The translations under genes were made by a program, and so were the position numbers. A stretch of DNA of 64,000 nucleotides from an uncultured Flavobacteriaceae bacterium (GTDB lineage Bacteria > Bacteroidota > Bacteroidia > NS11-12g > UBA955): contig CAZKOM010000004.1 of NCBI GenBank assembly GCA_964554385.1, positions 42 through 64,041 on the forward strand. The letters run 5' to 3'. Positions 17,705 to 28,052 of the stretch are shown one piece after another (positions within the stretch are counted from its first letter, which is position 1; each line of letters starts with the position of its first letter). The notes beneath the pieces are model-generated. The model saw only the letters and a list, made by a program, of their open reading frames with translations. It did no database searches and was not told where the DNA came from.

Positions 17705-19003
17705 GTGATTATTAGAGTATTTAATTGCGGGCTTTCAATTTTACTGGGTTTATCATCCACCTTTGTCAAGGCGGATAACTGTGTTTTGTTAAATGGAACT
17801 TCGGACACCTCCAGAGGAAAGGAGGATTTATCGGATTATTTTCAAGTAGAAGTAATGCGCGGATTTTTGGCTGCTCATACTCAAGGGATGCAGGAATTGT
17901 ATCAGCATACGTATGGGGTACAGGTTCATTTTCAGCGTTCTATGTTGCGAAATCGTTTTCATCCCAATCAGTTTAAAAAACCCCTGTATTACGGAACAAC
18001 TATAAATTATCAGAATTTAGGCAGCCCAGCTGCTGGTATTGCAGTTGGACTGGGATTTTCTTTATTTATTCCTGCGGGTGAAACGCAAAAAACGCGTTTT
18101 ACCGTTGGAATGGGTGGTGGTTATTTAAGTAAACCCTACTCCTTGGAAAATCCTAAAAATATTGCCATTGGCTCCCATATCAATGGGATGATGCGATTGG
18201 GAATTCAACGGGATATTTGGCCAACAAATGTGTCAAATAGTAGATCTACCGCCCAAATAAATATTGGAAGGACTCATTTTTCCAATGGTAATTGGCGTCA
18301 GCCTAATTTGGGGGTAAACATGCCCTATTTGTCATTATCGTATCGGTATAAATTTGAAATAAATCCTCAAGAATCGCAATCTGTGCTCGGCGATAGAAAT
18401 AGATCAACGAAACAATGGTTGAAGATCCAAGAACATTCAACCAGGATAAAGGAGTTAAATGCCAGCATTGAACAGGGATTAAAGAAAAGAATTTTAGGTA
18501 CCTTAATAACTAAAAATGGTGTTATTAATAGAACTTGGGATATAATAGGTGGATTGCGGGTTGGACGAAGGCAAATGGAGATTGATCAAGAGGCGAATTT
18601 TACGGTAGGGATAGTAGAAGTGTTGGCGGAGAGACAGTACACATTCCATGAATTAACAACCAATAAAAACTTGCGGTCCTATTCAGCGCATCCCCATGTA
18701 GGATTAACAGTATTCTTAGATAGAACCTATCAATACAATAAGCCCAATCCGTTGCCTCAGTATAACTTTGCTAAAACAACGGAATTAGCGGCAATTATTG
18801 GAAATCGATATGTTTTTGGAAGAGTGGGTGTTTTAACCGATGTTGGGTTTTACTTATACCGTCCTTCTGATTCAAAACGAAGGTATTTTCAAGCATTAGG
18901 TTTGAGTTATTTAGTTAATTCCAAGTTGATATTAACCGCAAGATTAAAGGTACACTTATCTGCAGCCGATTATATTGAATGGGGAATGGGATATCGATTT
19001 TAG
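17705..19003 (+). CDS. outer-membrane beta-barrel protein, PagL-like acyloxyacyl hydrolase (lipid A deacylase) family
   Basis: A GTG start gives the signal peptide VIIRVFNCGLSILLGLSSTFVKA. THFSNGN resembles the His-x-Ser-Asn-Gly catalytic motif of PagL-type deacylases, and the C-terminal ...GMGYRF ends in an aromatic residue as beta-barrels do. The ORF-track start at 17666 overlaps exbD. Confidence 0.4.
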   Translation: MIIRVFNCGLSILLGLSSTFVKADNCVLLNGTSDTSRGKEDLSDYFQVEVMRGFLAAHTQGMQELYQHTYGVQVHFQRSMLRNRFHPNQFKKPLYYGTTINYQNLGSPAAGIAVGLGFSLFIPAGETQKTRFTVGMGGGYLSKPYSLENPKNIAIGSHINGMMRLGIQRDIWPTNVSNSRSTAQINIGRTHFSNGNWRQPNLGVNMPYLSLSYRYKFEINPQESQSVLGDRNRSTKQWLKIQEHSTRIKELNASIEQGLKKRILGTLITKNGVINRTWDIIGGLRVGRRQMEIDQEANFTVGIVEVLAERQYTFHELTTNKNLRSYSAHPHVGLTVFLDRTYQYNKPNPLPQYNFAKTTELAAIIGNRYVFGRVGVLTDVGFYLYRPSDSKRRYFQALGLSYLVNSKLILTARLKVHLSAADYIEWGMGYRF

Positions 19004-20214
19004 GGGTTGTAACTGGACCAATCTCCAATAATAAATCGGAAATATAAACCGAAAGAGAGTAAAAAATCATTGGTTTTTAGATCTAAACCAGGCTCTAGTC
19101 GAAATTCCGAAACTGTATTATTCGTCCAACGCTTTAAGTAAGCATATCGAAGAAAAACCACTTCTTTTTGATGGATGTTTTTGTATGGATTACTCAAATT
19201 TACACAACCATAAATGGGTGCACCGAGCGCAGAGTGAAATTCATTGGCATTCCAATAGGTGCCTACTAATCGGTGGTTTTGCTGGATGAAATAAGAGATA
19301 TTCACTAAATGACCAAAACCATTTTTGTAAGGTTGTTGGGGTTGAGGGGAAAAATCCAATGATTGAATACCGTAATATTCGGCTTGTAAGGTTTTAGTTT
19401 TCAAGCGCAGACCAAGGCCAGAATTATTTTTGTTTTGAATGGGTTGGGGCTGTTTGAGGTTTTCACCACCCTGATGCTGATGAATCATGAATGCAGGAAC
19501 CTCGATAGAAAAACTTGAAATATTGCTTATTTTTGGACTTAGCAATATGAAACTGGAGGAAAAACCTCCAACAATAATTTCCTGCTGTGATGTTTCAATA
19601 ATTGCTTGTTGTCGCCAATTTAACCAAGTGTGCCAACGAAATAATTTACTATTTCGATTCCAAGCTAAACCGTATTCTATCGGTGATTTTAAAGCCCATT
19701 CATAATTAAAGACTGCTTCGGGCAAATTGTGATTTACATGTCCATCGATGTTTCCTGCGATAATCGTTGATTTTGGTGTTTGTAGCGTTAATCGAACGAT
19801 GGGTTTTAGTTGAACTTGATTCGATAGTTTTTGGTCAAAAGGAAATTGCAACATGGCTCCTAATGAATAGGTTACTTGTATATCAGTACCCGAATTCTGA
19901 TATTCAACGACACTCCATAACCGTTGTCCGATGACGGTTTCACCGGGGTTGGTAGCTTGAAAATACTCGTTGTTTTTGGTGTATTGAAGTCCCCCGATTT
20001 GCAGGTAGGGTTTGTTGTTTTTTCGTCGATTTCGATTTTTTAACGGCTCAAAATTAAATTGTTCAATACCCTGTGCATTAGAATCTATAGGTACATCGCG
20101 AGGTTGAATTTTGGGAGTTCGAAATATTTCGTTTTGCCATTGGGCCCAAAGGGGACTGTTCCCAAGTAGAAGGAAACCCATTAAAATAAATAGGGGTTTG
20201 GACATGGAAGTCAT
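19000..20214 (-). CDS. hypothetical secreted protein
   Basis: 404 aa with the signal peptide MSKPLFILMGFLLLGNSPLWAQ. No recognisable domain. Convergent with the PagL-like gene. Confidence 0.4.
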   Translation of the reverse strand: MTSMSKPLFILMGFLLLGNSPLWAQWQNEIFRTPKIQPRDVPIDSNAQGIEQFNFEPLKNRNRRKNNKPYLQIGGLQYTKNNEYFQATNPGETVIGQRLWSVVEYQNSGTDIQVTYSLGAMLQFPFDQKLSNQVQLKPIVRLTLQTPKSTIIAGNIDGHVNHNLPEAVFNYEWALKSPIEYGLAWNRNSKLFRWHTWLNWRQQAIIETSQQEIIVGGFSSSFILLSPKISNISSFSIEVPAFMIHQHQGGENLKQPQPIQNKNNSGLGLRLKTKTLQAEYYGIQSLDFSPQPQQPYKNGFGHLVNISYFIQQNHRLVGTYWNANEFHSALGAPIYGCVNLSNPYKNIHQKEVVFLRYAYLKRWTNNTVSEFRLEPGLDLKTNDFLLSFGLYFRFIIGDWSSYNP

Positions 20215-20226
20215 GGCGTGCGCAAT

Positions 20227-22098
20227 TTAGTTATTTTTATCACCCCTAAGTCTTCGAAATTCTCTTCTTGCATCTACCAGAAACACGCTACTGCTGTATT
20301 TTTCGAGTATCGTTTGGTAGCATGACATGGCTTTTTCAGGATTATTTAATCGAAACTCGTATAAATTTCCTAGTTGATACCAAGCATTATCGGCCAAAAT
20401 ATCAAAGCTATAGGCAACAGCTAGGGTTTCTAGTAAATTCACTGCTTCGAGATAATCGGTAAGAGCTATTTTAATTCTCGCTTTAACAAAGAGTATATCG
20501 TCACTTAATGAGTGGCCTGGAAAGTTGGTTGTGATACTATCCAAAAATAAATAAGCATCCTTAAAACGTAACTGTCTTTCGGCGAGCAGTGCTTGACCAA
20601 ACCAATGCAATGCAGCGAAATTGCTGTCCATACCGTAATTGTCGATAATGGTTAAAGCCAATTCCATGGCATTGTTGGAAATTAGTTGAGTTGTAGCACC
20701 TTTGAGTACATTTAATTGCATGGTGGCCCAATCGAAATCTCCGCGATAAAAACTTAACTCTGCTCGTTTAAATTTTGCTAATTGACCTGTTTCTTCTTCT
20801 TTAAAGTCTTTTTCTACTTGGGCATATAATAGTTCGGAGGTCCAAACATCGTTTTGAGCAACCAGTACATCGGCTAACTCAATTTTGATTTTTGCTAATT
20901 TTTGCTTGTTCCGTATACCCGCATTTTCTAGGTAATTTCGAAGTAAACTCTCAGCGGATTTCATTGAAATGCCGGCTGAATCATTTTGAACCAATAATCG
21001 AGAAAGGTTTATGGCATTATCTAGGGTTTCCTCGGAGGGGCCAAATTGATGTTCAATTTTTTTCAGGGTTAATATCACTGCGGCTGCCTCGGATTTTTTA
21101 CCCTGTTGTAAATATTTTAAGTAACCAATTTCACCTAATTTGATCCAGCTCTTATGCCAAAGTCGATTATCTAATTCAGAATTTTCAGAATTTTCAGCAA
21201 TACAATAATTCAAACATTGTTCAGCAACATCATATACTTTATTGGAAATACATAGATTGGCTAATTCAAACACACGTTCTCCTTTTTGTTTCAATCTACG
21301 ATCTAATGCTTTAGCGAAAACAAATGCCTTAGGCCAATTACCTTGTTTGATAAATGTGTAATTAAGGGCAATTGTTAGTTCGTTATTTTCTGGAAAAGCT
21401 TGAATTTGTTGCAATAATATACTTTGTAAAGCTGCGTAATCGGTACTATCGGCTAATTGAGTTTCCAATGCTTGTTTAATTGCGTTAAAGGGCACTCTAC
21501 CGCCACTTAGCATGTCAACATAGAGTTGGATTCCTTTAATTCTATTCCCAGAAGCCATGTGTAAGGTGGCTAATTGATTGGCGATATCCGGGTGGCTTCC
21601 TAAATTGTTTTCAGCACTTTCTAAAACTTGTATTGCTTGTTTTCGCAAATCGTATCGCTCAAATAAGTTGGCGGCATAGAGATAAGGGGAAGGATCTTGG
21701 AAATAGGATGTTGCGGCATTTTGTTTCAACTTATCCAAAATTAATTCCATGATTTTTACTTCTTTTTGAGAATCTCCAGCGCGTGCTGCAACCCAACAAT
21801 CGTCTATGATTAACGATAGTACATTGGGATCTGATTTTTTGATTTTTTTTCTTAAATATTTAGAAGCTTTTTCGAATTCACTTGTTTGAACCAGACATTG
21901 TAGATAACGATGATGAAACAGTTCGTTTTGTGGTTGTTGAATAACAAGTTCTTCGTATAAAACACTTGCTTTAGTGAAGTCTTTTTGCTGGTAGAGTGAG
22001 TTGGCTAGGTTTTCTTGAGTTTGTCCAATTAAGGCAGTACCTATGAATAAAAAACACAGGTAAACGATAATTTTCTTTTGGAAGAACATAGCAAACAT
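20227..22098 (-). CDS. tetratricopeptide-repeat protein with N-terminal signal/anchor
   Basis: 623 aa with hydrophobic N-terminus IIVYLCFLFIGTALIGQ. Recurrent 34-residue A/L/Y-rich helical repeats run throughout. Confidence 0.55.
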   Translation of the reverse strand: MFAMFFQKKIIVYLCFLFIGTALIGQTQENLANSLYQQKDFTKASVLYEELVIQQPQNELFHHRYLQCLVQTSEFEKASKYLRKKIKKSDPNVLSLIIDDCWVAARAGDSQKEVKIMELILDKLKQNAATSYFQDPSPYLYAANLFERYDLRKQAIQVLESAENNLGSHPDIANQLATLHMASGNRIKGIQLYVDMLSGGRVPFNAIKQALETQLADSTDYAALQSILLQQIQAFPENNELTIALNYTFIKQGNWPKAFVFAKALDRRLKQKGERVFELANLCISNKVYDVAEQCLNYCIAENSENSELDNRLWHKSWIKLGEIGYLKYLQQGKKSEAAAVILTLKKIEHQFGPSEETLDNAINLSRLLVQNDSAGISMKSAESLLRNYLENAGIRNKQKLAKIKIELADVLVAQNDVWTSELLYAQVEKDFKEEETGQLAKFKRAELSFYRGDFDWATMQLNVLKGATTQLISNNAMELALTIIDNYGMDSNFAALHWFGQALLAERQLRFKDAYLFLDSITTNFPGHSLSDDILFVKARIKIALTDYLEAVNLLETLAVAYSFDILADNAWYQLGNLYEFRLNNPEKAMSCYQTILEKYSSSVFLVDARREFRRLRGDKNN

Positions 22099-22110
22099 TA
22101 TAAATGAAGT

Positions 22111-23921
22111 TTACAATTTATCGAAAAAATCCTCAGGATTTAGCTGTTGTTCTACCATTTTACGATAAATGGAGTTTTCGTTTGCCATAAGTGACTCGTG
22201 GGAACCCATTTCATGAATTTTTCCTTGTTTCAGTAAAATGATGGTATTTGCGTTACGGATGGTAGATAAGCGATGGGCAATTACAAGCGAAGTTCTGTTT
22301 TGCATCAATTTGGCCAGTGCTTTTTGAACTTGTATTTCACTTTCAGAATCTAAAGCGGAAGTTGCTTCGTCTAAAATTAGAAATGCAGGATTTCTAAGTA
22401 TGGCCCTAGCTATGGCAATTCGTTGTTTCTGTCCCCCAGAAAGTAACACACCGCGATCACCAACTAATGAATCGAAGCCCTTTGGGAAGGATTCAATGAA
22501 GGTTAGCGCATTGGCGAGTTGGGCGGCCTCTTTTACTTCCTCATCGGTGGCGCTTGGATTGCCATATCGAATATTTTCAAGGATAGTACCGCCAAATAAT
22601 AAAACTTCTTGAGGAACTAATGCAAAATTGTTTCGATATTCTTGAAGGTTAAATTCACTTAAAGACTTGTTACCCAGCGTTATTTTTCCAGCAGTTGGTT
22701 GGTAAAATTGATAGACCAAATTAACAATAGTACTTTTGCCAGAGCCTGATGATCCCACAAGGGCAACCGTTTCTCCGGGATTAATGATAAACGATAAATC
22801 GCTTAAAACTTCGGGATTATTTTCTCCCGGATAGGTGAAATTTATGTTGTTAAAAGATAATGTATCTGAGAAATTTGGTTTGGGGCTGCTAGATTGATTT
22901 GAGGTAAGTTGGTCTTCTCCGGGGGTATCTATCAATTGCAATACGCGATCAATACTGCCTAAGGTTTTTTGAATTTGTACAAACTGTTCTGCCATACCTC
23001 CAATACTGCTTCCAACAAAGGCTGTAAGTATCATGAAGTTAAATAGTTCCCCTATTTTCATATCGCCCTGTTGCACCATGGATAACCCCTGGTAAATTAG
23101 CCAAACAATAACCCCGAACATACAAACTATGATGAAGGAACTAAAGGCACCTCTCCAATAACCACGAGTAATTGCATAGTTTTTCAAGGAGAATGCATTT
23201 TTTGTAAATCTTTGAATTTCAAATGATTCATTGGTGAAAGCTTTTACTGATTCGATACCGCTGAGCGTTTCTTCAACAATGATGTTATTTCCAGCGGTTA
23301 GATCTTGAACCTCGGTGGACTTTTTGCGAATAAATCGACCAAAAAATAAGGCCACAGCTATCATGGCGGGCAGGGTAGCTAACATGAGCCAAGCTAATTT
23401 GGGTGAAGTTGTAAAAAGTACTACAATTCCGCCAAGAAGAACCAATATTTGTCTGATAAACATGGCAAGATTCGTGGTAAATGCATCTTGAATTTGTGCA
23501 ATATCGGCTGAGAATCTACTCATTAAATCTCCTACTCTTGAACCGTGAAAAAATTGCATATTTTGCCTAATAATGGAGGCAAATAGGTCTTTTCTAAGTC
23601 CAAAAGTTAGGTCTTCGGTTACCCGTACATACAGTGCAATTCTACCGAAGGAGAAAACGGCTTGAATAATAAATAAATAAATAAAATAGGTGGCTATTTC
23701 TTTGATTTTAGAGGGATCTGGTTGGGTGTTGCCACTTTTAAAAACGTTGGCTGTATCCATCATCTCGCTGCAGCAGTGATGGCAAGAAAAACCGTACCCA
23801 AGGCGAAAAGCCATCGGTTGGTTTTACTCATGTATCGAAACAATTGTAGCGATTGCAATAAGGCCTGTTTAGATATTTTTGTTTTGGGGAGTTTACGATC
23901 AACGGAATGAGGTCCAGCCAT
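22111..23921 (-). pseudogene. MsbA-like ABC exporter (fused permease and ATPase) with an N-terminal frameshift
   Basis: The body (22111-23814) has a six-helix TMD plus the NBD with Walker A GSSGSGKST and signature LSGGQKQRIAIARA. The genuine-looking N-terminus MAGPHSVDRKLPKTKISKQALLQSLQLFRYMSKTNRWLFALGTVFLAITAAAR is in another frame (23921 down to 23760) and ends in TGA. The frames switch near 23760-23775. Confidence 0.65.
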
Positions 23922-23992
23922 GGATACAAAGTTCAGTGTTTTTTACTAACTGATTAGGGGTATTTAGAATAAAAAGGGTTTGTTAATCGTAA

Positions 23993-24712
23993 ATGTTTAT
24001 AAAAAAATTGGGTAAGGAAATAGGTACGGGCTTTTCGGAGTTAATGTTTCCAAATATTTGTGTTGTTTGCAATGATTTATTAATTGGAACAGAGACTGGG
24101 ATATGCAGTATTTGTTGGAATAATATGCCCTATTCGCCATGGCGTTTTAATGACCAGAACCCTATAGTTAAAGCATTATGGGGCAGAAGTTTGTTTCATG
24201 CCGGATTTCATTTGTTATCGTATCGGAAAGGATCCATAGCCTCGCGTGTTATACATTCGATAAAATACGAAAATCAACAATATTTGGCTGAGATGATGGG
24301 CAGGCAAATCGGATTGGAACTAAGAAACAATAGTTTTTTGGTTCCATTGGATGGGATTGTGGCGATACCGATGCATCCCAAAAAGCAAAAGTTTCGTGGG
24401 TATAATCAAGCGGAGTTATTAGCAAATGGTATTTCTGAAGTGATTTCAAAACCTGTAATTTCTGGATTATTAACCCAAACAAGGCAAACTCACACTCAAA
24501 CGGCAAAAGGCCGAGAGGATAGATCGATGAATACGGGCAATAAATATCTATGTAATGTAAATTTTTCATTTAATTCATTAAAGCATGTTTTATTGGTAGA
24601 TGATGTAATGACCACGGGTTCAACGCTACAAGCCGCAGAAATGGCCATTCGACAGAATTACAGCGTACAGAATCTACAGCTGAGCATCGCAACTTTGGCC
24701 TACGTATTTTGA
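23993..24712 (+). CDS. comF: ComF family protein (double zinc-ribbon plus phosphoribosyltransferase domain)
   Basis: CVVCN...CSICWNN zinc-ribbon cysteines, and the C-terminal PRTase motif VLLVDDVMTTGSTL. Confidence 0.7.
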   Translation: MFIKKLGKEIGTGFSELMFPNICVVCNDLLIGTETGICSICWNNMPYSPWRFNDQNPIVKALWGRSLFHAGFHLLSYRKGSIASRVIHSIKYENQQYLAEMMGRQIGLELRNNSFLVPLDGIVAIPMHPKKQKFRGYNQAELLANGISEVISKPVISGLLTQTRQTHTQTAKGREDRSMNTGNKYLCNVNFSFNSLKHVLLVDDVMTTGSTLQAAEMAIRQNYSVQNLQLSIATLAYVF

Positions 24713-24759
24713 TTGGGTCTAACGATTGCTTATTTTTGTGTGAAATAGTGAAATTAAAT

Positions 24760-27700
24760 ATGAAAAAAATACTACTTGGTTTAGCACTGCTTTTAGGTAT
24801 TAAAAGCGGAACAGCCCAGTTTTCCTCAATGAATGTTGCGGGGTTAATGGTGCCAAAGTACATGATGTCTGGTGATTCAACCCGACGTATGCCAACATTT
24901 ATGCGTTTGCGTATCCAAAATTTGATGCCAAATTCTGAGTATCGATACGTAATCCGAGGAATAAAATCTAGCGATTTTAATTCTAAAGCCATGGCACCTG
25001 GAGCTGGAAACCCGATGTATGTAGATACGGCTAAAGGTAATTTCAGATACTATTCAAGTACTTCGTATTGGACCGCTACAACTACAGGACCTAACGGTGA
25101 TGATACATTCAAAACCGATTTTATGGGTGTCCATGAAGGTTGGTTTGGCCTTGTTGGAACTGGTAGTACGGCCTATTGGTCACCTGGCACAAAGATTTAT
25201 TTATCAATAATTGCTGTAGGATTAACAACAAATGATACCGTTAGAATGTATTGTGAAGATTCGTTGGAAGTACTTACCGTAACTAGAAGTAGTTCTTCTA
25301 AACGTGCACAAGGTGTTTGGGGAAAGTCTAAAGCTAGCGGAAAATCATTTGTTGCATTATTTGATAATTCAACCGGTGCTGGAAGACCCGAATGTTTGGT
25401 ACCTTTAGAGGGTAATTGGTGGAGTTATACAGGTAGTAATTTATCGAATTTGGTGGGTTATCATTTTAATAATTCCTATAAAAAGGCTAACAATTGGGGT
25501 GGATTTATTCCTAATGGGTTATCTACGGGTATACAGAGAGTAGATCATTTATCTGCATCTAGTGGTATGAGCATTTATGCGAATAAGGATGCCGATGGAG
25601 TATGGGGTCCTTCAGCTAAAAATACGGTTAGTTTGACAGGTGGATATTGGAACGAGATTTTATTGGATAATGATGATGCGGCGTTGGTTCCACCATCCAT
25701 AGAATTCTGGTCACGTAGCTCAACTACCACAGAATCAGTTGGTACATATAAGATTTATGCAAAACGTATGTACGCGAATGAAGATAGTTCTTTTGCTCGT
25801 TTTTATGTTAGCGGTGGTACGGCTTTAGAAGGAGCTAGTAAGGATTTTACTGCTACAGAACGTTTAGTAAAGTTTGCAGGTTCTAAAGGTGTTCAGTACG
25901 ATACTATTTCAATCAATATTAACGACGATAATATCTCTGAAGGTCCAGAAATTATTGTTGTTGGATTAGACAAGCCAACCAATGCGGCCATTGGAGTTGA
26001 AAGAGCACATTCCATTACAGTAAATGATAATGATATTGCCAATATTTCTATTTCTACTTCGCCTATTGTAGTTAAAGAAAATGCTGGTAAAGTTGGCATA
26101 ACTTTAAAAATGGATAAAGCGGTTAACGCTTCTTCAAAATTAAAGTTAACCGTAATTAAGCAAGGTGATAGTACTTCTATCCCTTCAGAGTTTGAATTAG
26201 GTTCTACGGGTAAGGATTCTGTTGTTACATTGGGAAAATCAGGAAGTACCGATTCTATCACCATTTTTGCCAAAGTAAATGATGATTTCAAAGCGGATCC
26301 AAATGATACTGTAATTGTTCGTGTAAGACAAATCGAAGGAAATGCGTTTTTAGCAGATTCGCTTATTACCATAGTAATGACCGATAATGATGGTCCAAGT
26401 AAGGTTGCATTTGCAGGCCCACGTGCATTTACTGTAAATGAAAAAGATGGCTCATTTAATGTAAAAATTGCTGTACTAAGTAGAACTGACGCTACTGCAG
26501 ATTTCTCTTTACGTTGTTACACAGCAAGAAGCTCTGCTACAGAAGGTGTAGACTTTAAATTTAATCCTACCTCCAAAATAATTAATATTGATTCTAAAAC
26601 TCCAGATACCATAGTGGTAAACGTTCCAGTAATCAATGATGATTTACATGAATTGAATAAGACCATTTATTTTGGATTAGGTGGTTTATCAAATACCGTT
26701 GTTAATAATAAGGATACATTAATAGTTTCATTGATTAATGATGATTTGCCAATACATAAAATCAGTACCATCAATAAGCAAAACGCAACTACTGGAGTTG
26801 CTGATAGTTTAAATATTCGTTGCCGAGTTTACGGAACAGTTTATGGAGTAAATATGCGCGTTACCGGATTCAATTTTACCATTATGGATAATACCGGTGG
26901 AATAGGAGTGTATAATAGTCCAAAAGTGTTTGGATATGCCGTGAATGAGGGTGACAGTATTATGGTTCAAGGAAGAGTAGGTCAATTCCAAGGATTGGTA
27001 CAAATGGATCAGTTGGATACAGTAATTGTAATTGCAACTTCTCGTAAGCTTAAGTCACCAACAGTGGTAACGGCTTTGGGAGAATCTACGGAGAGTTCAT
27101 TAGTAACCATGCGTAGGGTAAAATTGGTAGATCCTGCTGAATGGCCATCTACTGCGTTAAATGCCAATGCATTTAAAAATGTTCGTATTGTAGGTACTAC
27201 AGGTAGAATAGACACCATGAACATCGATGCAGAGACTGATATTGATGGAAATGCTGCACCTGAAGGATATTTTGATGTTATTGGAATTGGTGGACAATTT
27301 GATAATAGTAATCCATTTACCTCTCGTTATGTATTGAGTCCTAGAAGAATTTCTGATTTCAATGCTTCACCGCTACCTGTTGTAACGTTCACAGAGACTT
27401 TGGATTCTGTATTTGAAGCGGCGGATTCATTCCGTATGGATTTCAAAATTGCACCAGCCGATGATAATTTCTCATTTGATGTTGTTGTAAAATCGGCTAC
27501 TGCTGTAAGTCCAGATGATTATGATTTTGCTACACGTAAGATTAATATTATCAAGAATACAAGTAGTGTAATGATTCGTGCCAATATATCGGATGACAAT
27601 GTTTACGATGGAGATAAGTATGTAGAGTTTGCTATTCGAAATATTCAAGGTCCTGGGAAGATTGGTGCAGATTCAGTATTAGTATTGAAAATAAAGGATA

Positions 27701-27960
27701 ATGAAGTTAATAGTGTTAAGCGATTTGCATTGGGCGGTATCAAGATGTATCCAAATCCAACAAACGGGATGTTCACAATTCAGTCAAGTACAGAAATGGC
27801 TGAAGTTAGAATAACCAATATGGTTGGAGCAGAAATCACATCCAATACCGTAAATGCGAAGCAGTTTAAATCTTCGATTTCAGGAACTGCTGGAGTTTAC
27901 ATGATTCATGTAAAATTGAAGGACGGAAGCGTGTACACGGATAGAATTCAATTGTTGTAA
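24760..27960 (+). CDS. large secreted Calx-beta-repeat protein with T9SS C-terminal sorting domain
   Basis: Signal peptide MKKILLGLALLLGIKSGTAQ. Repeated Calx-beta-like units occur, for example ISININDDNISEGPEIIVVGL and DDNVYDGDKYVEFAIRNI. The C-terminus YPNPTNGMFTIQS...GVYMIHVKLKDGSVYTDRIQLL is a Por secretion tail. Confidence 0.6.
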   Translation: MKKILLGLALLLGIKSGTAQFSSMNVAGLMVPKYMMSGDSTRRMPTFMRLRIQNLMPNSEYRYVIRGIKSSDFNSKAMAPGAGNPMYVDTAKGNFRYYSSTSYWTATTTGPNGDDTFKTDFMGVHEGWFGLVGTGSTAYWSPGTKIYLSIIAVGLTTNDTVRMYCEDSLEVLTVTRSSSSKRAQGVWGKSKASGKSFVALFDNSTGAGRPECLVPLEGNWWSYTGSNLSNLVGYHFNNSYKKANNWGGFIPNGLSTGIQRVDHLSASSGMSIYANKDADGVWGPSAKNTVSLTGGYWNEILLDNDDAALVPPSIEFWSRSSTTTESVGTYKIYAKRMYANEDSSFARFYVSGGTALEGASKDFTATERLVKFAGSKGVQYDTISININDDNISEGPEIIVVGLDKPTNAAIGVERAHSITVNDNDIANISISTSPIVVKENAGKVGITLKMDKAVNASSKLKLTVIKQGDSTSIPSEFELGSTGKDSVVTLGKSGSTDSITIFAKVNDDFKADPNDTVIVRVRQIEGNAFLADSLITIVMTDNDGPSKVAFAGPRAFTVNEKDGSFNVKIAVLSRTDATADFSLRCYTARSSATEGVDFKFNPTSKIINIDSKTPDTIVVNVPVINDDLHELNKTIYFGLGGLSNTVVNNKDTLIVSLINDDLPIHKISTINKQNATTGVADSLNIRCRVYGTVYGVNMRVTGFNFTIMDNTGGIGVYNSPKVFGYAVNEGDSIMVQGRVGQFQGLVQMDQLDTVIVIATSRKLKSPTVVTALGESTESSLVTMRRVKLVDPAEWPSTALNANAFKNVRIVGTTGRIDTMNIDAETDIDGNAAPEGYFDVIGIGGQFDNSNPFTSRYVLSPRRISDFNASPLPVVTFTETLDSVFEAADSFRMDFKIAPADDNFSFDVVVKSATAVSPDDYDFATRKINIIKNTSSVMIRANISDDNVYDGDKYVEFAIRNIQGPGKIGADSVLVLKIKDNEVNSVKRFALGGIKMYPNPTNGMFTIQSSTEMAEVRITNMVGAEITSNTVNAKQFKSSISGTAGVYMIHVKLKDGSVYTDRIQLL

Positions 27961-27984
27961 TATAAAAATCATATTAATACCATA

Positions 27985-28014
27985 GGCCACTTCGTATGAA
28001 GTGGCCTTTTTTTT
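27985..28014 (+). terminator. rho-independent terminator after the Calx-beta gene
   Basis: GGCCACTTCG-tat-GAAGTGGCC forms a perfect 10-bp stem with a 3-nt loop (tat), followed by T8. Confidence 0.8.
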
Positions 28015-28052
28015 GGATGGTGCCACAATAAATTGATTAACTTCGCCTCACC

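Noticed and set aside
21176-21198. Tandem GAATTTTCA 9-mer duplication inside the TPR gene (minus strand).
   Set aside because: Only two copies, and it maintains the reading frame (encodes ENSEN-like residues). It looks like a trivial local duplication.
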